A DNA stretch of 51,803 nt, the filler included, from Catajapyx aquilonaris (Eukaryota), in NCBI GenBank assembly GCA_000934665.2. It is 2 parts of 2 records of this genome, joined end to end, with 100 filler letters (N's around TTAATTAATTAA, not from the genome) between each part and the next. Parts side by side here need not be neighbours in the genome. Positions count along the whole stretch, not along the records: positions 1 to 25,862 come from JYFJ02005291.1; positions 25,963 to 51,803 come from JYFJ02005292.1. The stretch is one strand, 5' to 3'. A program made the position numbers and the translations under genes. Below are positions 24,721 to 34,930 of the stretch, piece after piece. Numbering within the stretch: the first letter of the stretch is position 1; every line of letters begins with the position of its first letter. The notes below the pieces were generated by a model. That model did no database searches. It was not told the DNA's origin and worked only from the letters and a program-made list of their open reading frames with translations.

Positions 24721-25862
24721 TCCAAATAGTAGATGTCCTTAGGATAATTGAGGGGCTGGGTGCAAGAAGGGCCCATCCCACACAATGTAACTGCTAAGAA
24801 ATGAAGCTGTACCACGAGAACCGAGAAGTTCTCCTTACATCCTGCTAGTAATTATTTTTAATGGCTCTGGGACTGGGAAAAAACTTCGAGTTACAGAAGA
24901 TTTGAGTTAGAGATCTTTTGAATTTTTTAAGCGCATAACTTTATAAGGAAGCCTACCATTATATCCAGCGACGAAAGGTGTTCAAAACTTTAAAATAACT
25001 GTCACTATCACACTTACAATGTTCCTCATTGTTTTGTTGTAAAAAAAAATTAGTGTTATGGACATTTGCCTACTCATCTCTCTACTTAGATTCAAGGATT
25101 CAATTGTCACAATCGAGTCAAACACTTCTTTCGGTATGTCTGGTAGACGGAGATCAGGAAATTAAGCCTTTCTGTACATGTGGCCTACTCTCGACCCTTT
25201 GGTTGGGGTCATTCCATGTCAGTACATCCAGCCATGTCACCCACCATCTCAGATTTTCTTGAAATTTTAACTGGGCAAACTGTGTACTGAGAAACTAATA
25301 TCCTGAAAATTTTAGCCTCCTAGCTCTTATAGTTCTTGAGCTGTGGCCAGGGAAATGAGGGTGAAAATGGCTACGGCAGAGTTGTGAAGGCATGACTTGT
25401 TTTTCAAAATATTTTATTGTGTGTTAACTAATTGGTGTAGAAAGTTGAAAATATTTGTACTTATGCACAGAAACCTTCCGATTCCAAAAATGCTGTCAGA
25501 TTTGTGCTGAGATCATATCTTCACACATTAATCAATAACATTTGTTGGCATGACCTTGAAACTTTCGCAGCTCATTCCCAAAATGTGTATCCTCAAATTT
25601 TAATGAAATTGCACGAAAAGAAAGGTCTTGAAGTCTACTTTCAGGAGGTGTAAATATTTGTCTGTGTATTTTGGGTTTTCACCTTGAAAATGGTACATTA
25701 ACACAAAGTGTCAATCAACAAGACTGTTCTATTGACACACGCCTTCAGATTGCTATGAAAATTTTCAGGTAGGTATAAGGTGAAGTGGGGTAAGTGCATA
25801 CACGGGGTAAGTGCATATATTGTGCCGCCATATTGGAATGAAAATGGCTGACGACACTAAAA

Positions 25863-25962
25863 NNNNNNNNNNNNNNNNNNNNNNNNNNNNNNNNNNNNNN
25901 NNNNNNTTAATTAATTAANNNNNNNNNNNNNNNNNNNNNNNNNNNNNNNNNNNNNNNNNNNN
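25863..25962. other. Assembly gap or artificial contig linker (44 N + TTAATTAATTAA + 44 N)
   Basis: Exactly 100 nt, symmetric, with a six-frame stop cassette at 25907-25918. Confidence 0.95.
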
Positions 25963-26158
25963 CAGCATCAATCGCTACCTGTAAACAGTGGCAACGACAG
26001 AAAGAACGCTAAGCACTCTCCACATGACGATGTCCGAACACGACCAGTTGCCAGGTAACACCAAAGTCGTTGTTTACACTTGTTATATGCTATTGTGTCC
26101 AGCACTGTACATAGTACCTGTAAGGAGTACACTCCTTTAAAAAACATGTATAAATTAA

Positions 26159-26521
26159 GCTGGGTTCACACTAGCTGACGGTAGCATATGAAATGAACGA
26201 AACAGTACCGCTGACCAATCAGAGCTACCGACCTTCCCTTCCGTTTCCACCAATGGGAGAGGCAGGAAAGCAGCGGAGTCCTTCATCTGCCTCTGCCAGA
26301 GGCGCTGCCCCCACTCGCCAGCCACCACCCCAGCCGGCTTTCCTGCCTCCCCATTGATGGATATGAAAGCAATGGACCTGACTACCGCAAAAAGTTGATT
26401 CTTTTTGTATTTTCCATTTCGTAATTCCTGTTGCCTCCCGTCTTCCGCAAGTGTGTTCTGATTGGTCCACTATACAGTTTCGTTCGTTTCGTATGCTACC
26501 GTCAGCTAATGTGAACCCCCC
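26159..26521. mobile_element. MITE with long imperfect TIRs (PIF/Harbinger-like termini)
   Basis: GGGTTCACACTAGCTGACGGTAGCATATGAAATGAACGAAAC pairs with GTTTCGTTCGTTTCGTATGCTACCGTCAGCTAATGTGAACCC; TAA/TTA-like flanks. Confidence 0.7.
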
Positions 26522-26629
26522 TTTACACACTTTATCAGCATTACACAAGTTCCATTTTAATGTTCCACTTTTGTTGTTAGCAATTTGACAATGGCTAACC
26601 ACACATTTCTTCCCATTATCATTAGTATT

Positions 26630-28051
26630 TCGTATTACCTCTCATATTGCGGCACACCGGTATAAAACGAGGTCGCCCAGCATGCCGGTATAACCCGGGG
26701 GTGGCCGGCATGCGGCAATAACCAAGGTAGATTTCCGTAATTTTGATCCTTGCCAAATTTTTTGGAATGCTTCTGGTACCATACTAAAATAATGTTACAA
26801 TGAAAATGGGCGAGTGTACAGGCTGTGAGAATATGTCAGATCTGTTGCACAATGCATTTAAAAATTGTAGAGTGTATGACCAATCCCATCCTCAGCCTGC
26901 TTTGACAGGGGAACCCCCTGCTCCAACATACTCTTTAACCCTAATAAGACGGGCATATCATATGCTGATACGGTGGCTTTAAAAAATTCTGCTGGCAAAA
27001 CTATAGCTTTTTCCCACTATGTAACGTGGTTTCTCTGTGGCTTTTTAAATTTTCTCTCGCGTAAAAAATCGCTAGTTTTGGACTACAAAATCGTGCATAA
27101 ATAAACTGGATTAACCAAATTAACTTGAATGAAATCATCTTTTTGCGGCCGCTGAAAAAAAAACTTTAAAAAAAAATCCGACCTTGACCTGCAAATTTTT
27201 GGCATATATAGTTGCCCCAAAACTCCTCAAAAGATTCCACCCTAAAATTAGTGCAAAAGATGATTTAATAGTTTTAAAATAAATAATGTTCGTAAATGCT
27301 AATTATCAGCTGCCGGGCATCTGCGCACTTCAACGCCAGCCTCTGTAGGGCTGGAGGGGGACATGCCCCACGCGGCTTTTGAATAGCTGTGGCTCAAGGA
27401 TGTTTATACTCGTGAGTATTTATCAACACAGCTCACTGGGGAGGCCTGTGCCGTAATTCATGCTATGTGTTTATGTACTGTTTTGTTCAGAGGTGCCAAG
27501 GCTACATACCGATAATTTTTTGTGAAGCAGGCAGAGTGACAAAAAATTGGAGTAGGTGCGACACAGACACCTTTGCGCCACCTTGTTGTACATATGAGAG
27601 TTTCCACTGCATACGCATGAGAGGAGGTTCACATAGATGGCCTCAGGATCAAGCCTGGACACTGTACGATCGTATTCACTAGTGTTTTGAAGTCTCGTCC
27701 CCCAAGTCCCAAAAAAAGCGAATTTTTTTTGTAGATACTTGCAAAAACGCGAAAAACCACCCGTCTTATTAGGGTTAAACAGAGATTATTGCCAGACACT
27801 GCGATTGAAAACAATATACGGTACGGGTACCCGATTTGGAAGATGTGCCTTTTCGATAGCCTTTACGTGAATTTTGATTTTCAGGCAAATGCCAAGTTCA
27901 GAAAGGATAATGTAACTAATGTGAAAACCTCGCCTTATACTGGCATACCTCGCCTTATACCGGCATGCCGATATAGCCACCAGATCATGCATTTCTAAAA
28001 ACTGGTCGACCTCGCCTACACCAGCATGCTGCAATATGAGAGGTAATGCGG
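26630..28051. mobile_element. ~600-bp TA-target MITE (copy 1), interrupted by a nested TTAA element
   Basis: CGTATTACCTCTCATATTGCGGCA...TGCTGCAATATGAGAGGTAATGCGG|TA; collinear with the uninterrupted copy at 44273-44868. Confidence 0.88.
26939..27774. mobile_element. piggyBac-type non-autonomous element
   Basis: TTAA|CCCTAATAAGACGGG...CCCGTCTTATTAGGG|TTAA; perfect 15-bp TIR. The paralogous empty site has a single TTAA at 44590-44593. Confidence 0.92.
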
Positions 28052-28213
28052 TAATAATTTTGAACACAACAGTTTTATTACGTGATATTTGGCACACACA
28101 ACAAATCCTATTTTGATGCTACAATTTACTGACTTGCTAAGTCATTATTTCAGAGTTAGATTTTCTGGAAGAGCTTTCTGGGGTCTTGATATTTTCTTTT
28201 CAACTTGTTATAG

Positions 28214-31200
28214 AGTACAGCCTCAGATTATGTGAAGGGTATGGTGCAAGACCGCATCAAGGAATCATATCTCATGGCAATAAGAAAGTTCCGTGAAAAT
28301 CTGGAATACAAGATTGCTACTTTGGAACAGGATGACTTGGAACTTTCCTCTCTGATGAAAGAAATAGAAGAAGAAGAAGACCTCTTTGTAAGTATTTCTT
28401 TTTCCTTGTCACAGAAACTGTCTCTTAAGTCTAATTGCTGGATATTGATGTAACCAGGACCAGCAAAGGATCATGGGTGAATTTCTGTTACAAGACAATT
28501 TGCCTTTGCTGAAGCCAATGATCCCAAAACAAAGCCACACGAGAGCCAAGAACATGGTCATTGTCCACCAGAAGGATGTTATGTCAGTTGATCATTCTGT
28601 GAGGAATCTATTTACAAATTACAGCAATAGCCCCCCCAGTATTGATATTCTAGCAGGGGGGGATTTTAGAAGGTAAAGTTTGCCGTTTTTATACTTTTTA
28701 TAGAGATAATGTAAGTATACAGGCAGGTGTGTGCACTGCCTAAGTCAAGGGAAGAACTTGTAGGTTGTTTACCTCACTAACCAGTTTCAAGAGAAGCAGC
28801 AATCCCAACAAGTGAATTTGGTCCTGATTGTTGTTTCCAATGGTGTGCTGAAGAGGTTCTTCCTTATCGATGTGTGACAAACTGTTTGGCATGTAGTTAG
28901 TGCATGCCAAATATGCCATCTACATAATTATGACACAAACCTTTACTGTCTTACATTTCCAAAAAGACACTATGAATAATACTAATGATAGTAATGAATA
29001 ACTGAATAGTATGAGTGCTGTAAATAAAATAGTGGCAACTATTTTTTTTTTCTTTTGTTCCTTCCCCCCCCCCCCCNCCCCCCCCCCCCCTCTGGGGGAG
29101 CTATGGGGGAGCTAAATCCGCCAATGATCAAGAACCAACCTATCTGTGGCATAAGCAGTGTAAACTTCCTATATTGCACTGATTTTCTAGAGATGTGTTG
29201 CCACTATTTTATTTACAGCCCTCGTATAAAACAAATTGAATTGATAAATTGTTTTGCATTTTTTCTTAACATTGGTGGGCAGTGGTGCGCACATACCTAG
29301 GTAGAATAATTTATTCTGATCCTTTATTTAGTATTTCAATTAAAATCCACTTGATTTCTGTGGATTGTAAGTGTATAATTTCATATATCAACAGGGGCAC
29401 AGAGAACACACATGACCAGCAATTTAATCAAGTGCTTTGTGAACTTGGACTTCATATGGCCAGTACAGACTCTTACATCCTGGAGGTGATCATCAAAAAC
29501 CAGAATGACACATGGAAGCTTCAAAGTGCAAATAACCAGCTGCAAGAGTGGATGGAGAGACAAGAATCAATATATTCAACTGACTATGATAGTAAGTGTG
29601 ACAATGATATTAAGTGTTGTTTTTATCGGAGACATTCAATTGACTTTTGTTGAAATATATTGCAGAACTGAGAAAGGAAGTGAAGACTGCAAATCAGACC
29701 TTCATTGATGACTTGATGCTTGTCCTAGATGGCATAGAGAAATCTACAGGCATATTTTATGCCACACGTGAACAACTGAAACAACTGCAGAGGATTTTGT
29801 GAGTGTCAGACTGTCCCAGACCTCTCTTGGCTGTTTAGCAATAGGGATAGTCAATAGACAGTGCATGGATGGAGAGCTGCATGAGCAATAAGATCGTGTG
29901 TGTCTTGTAATACATATTGGGTCAATGACAGCCTCAAATGTTTTATTACGTTACAGGATGTGTAATATTATGCTATATTCCAAGGTCAGGGTTGTTTTTA
30001 GTTATTGCTAATAGTATTGCGAGAAGTAGTTATTTTTGTGTAGCCCCAATTCAGGTGCCCAATTATTCCCAGGTAGTCTAATATAACTTAGCCATTGGTA
30101 TATAATAAGGCACCTGGATTAGGGTGCAAAGAGCTACACAAAAATAACCTTTTTGAGCGATCCTATAACTACAGCAACCCATATACTTGGAACATCCTGT
30201 ATAAAGCCATATTGGACAGATGCTACCAACAGCCTCAAAAAAAAGTTTATGACAGATTTATATGATTATGTGGTGAATAAGTGGAGGGGATGGGTCGGTG
30301 GCAGGAGGAGGGGAGCTGGGAGGAGAGGGCAGATGGAAGCAGTGCGGGGGGGAGGGGGAGCAATGAAGGCGTGCTATCTTTGCCTTCCACCTGACGGCAA
30401 GTAAATGAATACTACTTCCTCCTACCCATCAGAGGTGCTGCCTTGCACATGTCATGGCTGCTCCCCTTGCATGGTCACAGCCGGGTCCAATGGGAAGCTT
30501 TCCACAAACACCATGAGAAGCATTTTAATAGTATAGAGAGCTTAAAGACTATACAACTAAACAGTACACCTGTACCATAGGGTTTTCACAGGTATCTAAA
30601 TCAGGGATGAAGCTGTCAAAAAAGAATTTTTGTAGTTTTCCGGCTAATTTGCACCTAAAACTTCTAGCCGAATCAGAAAAAGTTGTAGCCAAAACTTAAA
30701 TGGACATGATGATCTGGCTCAGCCCCCTGTCACTTCCCCCCTCGCTGTATGGATACGGTAGTTTAATTCATGTGTCTCTGCCAGGCCCAGATTTTGGCGC
30801 TGGCAGCCCTACAGCGTTCGCTAGCCACCATATTTTTCAAGGTGCACTCAAGTGGTAAGTCTGCGGAAGGAAAGAAAGCTCAAGCCAATCGCATCAGACT
30901 CACCTGCTACCTACCACCCGAGTTGCACCTTGATCAAGATGGCAGCTTAGCGAACCATGGGACACAGATATTACACTACCGTATTGGAGGAGTGTCATAT
31001 AGGGCTGATCTGGCTTATGCAGTTATGCTCTCACTTTCATCTTAGGGCACAGCCATCTTTGGAGATTCCATCGAGTTTCCCTACTCACCGTTAAAGGAAT
31101 ACTGGATTTTGCGATGATGTCTTATAAAATCGACTTAGACTTGAAATTTCATACTTGTGGTGCATTTTCTACCACAACTGACCACATATTTGGAATCTAG

Positions 31201-34171
31201 AGTTTTTCATGATCTTGGGAGCCCAATAACATGCAAAATATTGGAACCCTTCCTTTTATTTTTACTTTTATTTGGAGCTTTTCGTCGAATTTCGTGGGAG
31301 TTTTTCTAGCCCAATCTGGGTTATTGTCACCTTTCGGCAAAAAGGCGAGTGACAGCTTAATCCCTGTCTAAATGTCTATGATGTGGTAGCCAGAAAAGAT
31401 ATGGCATGGGGAGTGGTGGTGTTGTTTCTTGGTGTGTGAGGGCCTGTGAGGGGCTTCCTGGAGTTTTCCTTCACATATTATACATCCAGTTTGTGGGCAC
31501 CACCAAACACATCTGATAATGCATGTTGCAATAATTTTTAACTGTAAAAAAGAACATAAAGAAATCGCAAAAACCATCCTTCCTCTACTGCACCCACATT
31601 GAAGCACCTTGAAATTCATCCCATTGAGAGAGAGGGCTTTTTGTACTGCAGCCCAAAATTGGCAAAAAAGCACCGGTTGAAATCGAGAAAAAATTTGGAT
31701 TCTCACACGAAAATTTTCCCCTTGAAATTTCCTCCAACATGGCCGCCGGCGACCATGTTGGGTCCCCCAATGTAGCGCTTCCCTTTTGTACCGATAAAGT
31801 TCAGCGTAGTCCGGTAGGGTCGCCACATGATTGCTCCGTGAAAGGTCTCTTGTGCTTTCAGGTGAGCACCTCATGCAAAACGCTCCGGCAGGCGATAATA
31901 TAAGAACGTAGAGGTAGTGTCCGGGGGCTGCCCTGGAGGTATCCTCAGAGCCTTGGAAAAGACAAGTCAATTGTGAACCAACCAAATGTGATTCCTTGGG
32001 CGCTTTGGACATGTGTTCTCTCCCCACCAGCAAATCTACAGCATATCCTTTAACATTTCACCTTCCAAAATCAAGATAATGAAACATTACCATTACCACC
32101 CATTCAGCTCAATTAAAATTGTGGGGTGGATTGTCAAGGAAAATTTATTGACATTTCTTGGGAACAGTGAATAGGAATTAAATTATTTCCTTAAGTTGAA
32201 TTTCTATATCAAGTTCTCCATAACTCGAACTAGTGGCTATAACTACTGAATTGATGTGCAGGGTGTTCACGATGAACCTCCCTAGTTTCAAAGGGAGGTA
32301 AAAAATAGAAATGCTGAGGTATTTAAGGTTTTGGTTGTTTAAACGATCTGGAGACTCAACATGTTTCATTCAGAATTTTTGGAATGGCCTATGTGATGCG
32401 GTGGTGCTCCTGTGGGGGATGCTGTAGGAAGAAGCAAACATAGCATCTACGGAGGGAAAAACACAAGTTGTGTGGTGGTTAGCCGTGCTTAAGTTGATCA
32501 CAGAAGTGCTGGACATGTTGGACATTTTGCCTTTCCACAACTCCAAGACAGAGTCTATGCAATTAAAGAGGACTGCCCAAATAATGGAGTGTCCTCCATC
32601 ACTCCTGACATGCTGGAGAGAACCTCGGGGGAGGGAAATTTTTGGCTTAAAGTTATGCTTGCTACTAAAGGAGCACAGTTGGAAGGGTACTGATTTTTTA
32701 CATAAACTTGATGAGCGTCCCTTCTCATTTGTACAATTCCGACACCGTGGTCCAGTTACTTGTGTAATAATAGCAAGTTGAAACTAGGGAGGTTCATTAT
32801 GGACACCCTGTACTTTTTAGTGTTCACAAATTTGTGCCAGATTTGAGTAGGTTTTACTACTGCACTGCCTATTAGTCACAAGTGGAAATGCCAAATGACT
32901 TTTTTTCATTGCTAGTGACTGTTGAATCATTTATTCAGAGCAAAAGTCGTTGTGTGTGTTGCTGTGAGGTCTGTCATTGACTCTTGTGTCCAAAAATAAA
33001 ATGTCAACTTTATGGGGCCACATTTGTCTTTATTTAACCCTTCACTACGTAAGTGGCCGAAACACCTTTAACTACGTAGGTGGAACCTGAGCGGCTCCAA
33101 CTGTATATTTAATTATCTGCTTATCAGCTCAATTGTTATATTGGACTTTTCACATACAGAAAATGCAGTTCAGATAATTAGGCTTCCGAAAACGTAAAAA
33201 TCACACGCTGAGTCAGCATATTCCGACAGAAAAAATTCGTAACGATGAACAGTCCCACCTGGAGCCGCTCAGGCTCCACCTACATAGTTAAGGGTGCATT
33301 GTTTTCCCTATTCAGACGCTCTCCACGGAGATAGGGGAAAAAAACAGCACCTTTAACTACGTAGGTGGAGCCTGAGCGGCTCCAAGGTGGCACCTGTTCC
33401 TCGTTATGATTTTTTTTCAGCCAAAGAATGGCGACTAAAAAATTTTATTTCTTCTTTTCATGCTTAGGAAGGTTTTTGTGACAAAGTCACGGAAGGACAG
33501 GGGGAAAAAACATTTACTTAAAAAGTTACATGCGTTTAAATAGCGGTTGGAGCCTCTCAGGCTCCACCTACGTAGTTAAGGGTTAACATTAACACTTAAT
33601 TGGTGACCTGGGGTCTTTCAACACCCCAGGTGCAATTTTTTTGTTATAAAATGTTTAATTGTAGTTAGGCATATGATTTTTTAAATTCCGTTCTACGGCA
33701 GCTAGAGAGTTGAAAATTAAACCATATTGTAGAAAACAGTTGCAGGTGTTGTGTAAAAGAATTAAAAAGCAAATATTTATCATTAAAGGCAATTTATATT
33801 TAAAAAATCCCCTGGGGTCTTAAAACATCCCAGGTCACCGTGAGTGTTAGGATTTTCCAGGTCACTTGTTAAGGGTTAAAGTGTGTGGATATCAAGGTAA
33901 ATGACCTTGTACAGTTTTGTACTGCAAAATGTTTGTCTCCAACTAGAATCTTCAGTCAGTGTCTTGCTTGTCCCTTGGAGATTCGAATTGTAAAAGTTCC
34001 ACTGCACCGATAATTTTGAAGTATGTGTAATAATATGGAAATAAGCACTAATTTAACATTTGTGTACTTTCCAGGGAAGATAATCCAGTTGACAAGATCA
34101 TAACCGACTGGAAGTACGATGGGAAGGAGTATGTAGAATGGAAAGCCCTTCAGAAAGGAAGTGACAATTAA
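28214..34171 (+). CDS. 5'-partial helical/coiled-coil protein, tentatively augmin subunit HAUS5/Dgt5-like
   Basis: Phase-consistent exons 28214-28387, 28458-28672, 29395-29591, 29666-29798 and probably 34075-34171 (...QLKQLQRIL|EDNPVDKIITDWKYDGKEYVEWKALQKGSDN*), with AATAAA at 34229. If the 29799 donor is unused, the frame stops at TGA 29800-29802. The exon structure is well supported; the identity rests only on a recalled C-terminal motif. Confidence 0.6.
29954..30199. mobile_element. Degenerate Tc1/mariner-type MITE
   Basis: TA|CAGGATGT...ACATCCTG|TA, with internal inverted pairs GTTATTTTTGTGTAGC/GCTACACAAAAATAAC and CAGGTGCC/GGCACCTG. Confidence 0.6.
30602..31366. mobile_element. Non-autonomous DNA transposon with CAGGG termini (hAT- or P-like)
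   Basis: TIRs CAGGGATGAAGCTGTCA and TGACAGCTTAATCCCTG (16/17); direct repeat TCTAAAT on both flanks. Confidence 0.8.
32259..32810 (+). mobile_element. Internally deleted Tc1/mariner-superfamily transposon retaining transposase N- and C-terminal relics
   Basis: TIRs CAGGGTGTTCACGATGAACCTCCCTAGTTTCAA and TTGAAACTAGGGAGGTTCATTATGGACACCCTG|TA. Relics: ASTEGKTQVVWWLAVLKLITEV (~32440-32508) and LQDRVY...SITPDMLERT...ATKGAQLEGY* (32541-32693). Confidence 0.82.
33038..33582. mobile_element. TTAA-flanked piggyBac-type MITE built from two inverted-repeat modules
   Basis: TTAA|CCCTTCACTACGTAAGTGG...CCACCTACGTAGTTAAGGG|TTAA. A ~38-bp motif occurs direct at ~33061 and ~33348 and inverted at ~33260 and ~33548. 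Confidence 0.82.
33593..33875. mobile_element. Second adjacent TTAA-flanked piggyBac-like MITE
   Basis: TTAA|CACTTAATTGGTGACCTGG...CCAGGTCACTTGTTAAGGG|TTAA, with sub-terminal CCTGGGGTC..ACCCCAGG palindromes at both ends. Confidence 0.65.
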
Positions 34172-34379
34172 TAGGAATAATGTGCAGCAACTCATTACTT
34201 CAGCAATGAATGCATGTCATACAAGGACAATAAAGCTGTTGCTTCTAGGCCAACAAAGGTAGACTTTTACTTTGAGCATGTAAATGTAGGTTCCTTTCAA
34301 TGCATTTCTCCAGATACTGTAACAAGACTTAAGACAGGCAGCACACGGGCACTCAATAATAAATGTATATCTGCAGGGC

Positions 34380-34930
34380 ACCTAACCGCGTGTAACGCTT
34401 CGTATCGATCCAGTTCATGTATCGCGGGCGCAAAACTTGCGTCACAGGCCAACGGCAGCCATTTTTAATTCACTCTTCTTTCCCCTTTTTTTGTGGCCTG
34501 CTTCAAACCCGCGTGGGCGATTCGAGTTCGGAACGTGGGTCGGGTTGCGTCACTACTCTCCCAGTGACGTCACGCCTGCTGTTGATTGGCAGCACGGCCT
34601 CTTTGAAGGGGGGGGGGGGGGNGGGAATGGGTGCATATTAGGAACATTTTGCGCACATTTACAATGAAGCCGCCCTTTTGCAGAAGTGTGGGGGAAGCCA
34701 TGTTTGAACTTCAATGGCACTTGAGGCCAATCAGAGGCAAGTATTGGATAGGAGCTCCAATATGGAAGGGGATTTTTGCGAGAAGTTATTGCACAGCGTA
34801 ACTGATATTGAGAAGTAACTATTATTATTTTGAGTAGGAGCGATAGCTGTAAAAAGGAGCTATTGGTGTTCGAGCTAAATTTCAAGCTGGTTTTTCCCAA
34901 GCGCTGATTTCGGTTCGCAGCTTCAGGCGA
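34380..34930. promoter_or_regulatory. CpG-rich promoter-like segment with a CRE, five CCAAT/ATTGG boxes and CHR-like hexamers
   Basis: TGACGTCA at 34565-34572; CCAAT/ATTGG at 34585, 34727, 34743, 34757 and 34862; TTTGAA/TTCAAA at 34502, 34602 and 34703. Function is inferred. Confidence 0.45.

Noticed and set aside
29063..29090. Long poly-C/poly-G runs with an internal N (also ~17718-17731 and ~34608-34625)
   Set aside because: Low-quality homopolymer calls, so their lengths are unreliable.
31368..32033. 221-aa minus-strand ORF
   Set aside because: Non-ATG start, no domain motifs, and it lies in a repeat-rich intron.
33947..34020. Candidate exon NLQSVSCLSLGDSNCKSSTAPIILK before the 34075 exon
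   Set aside because: It has a plausible donor and a 54-nt intron, but needs a phase-0 upstream donor that I could not find. Left out of the model.
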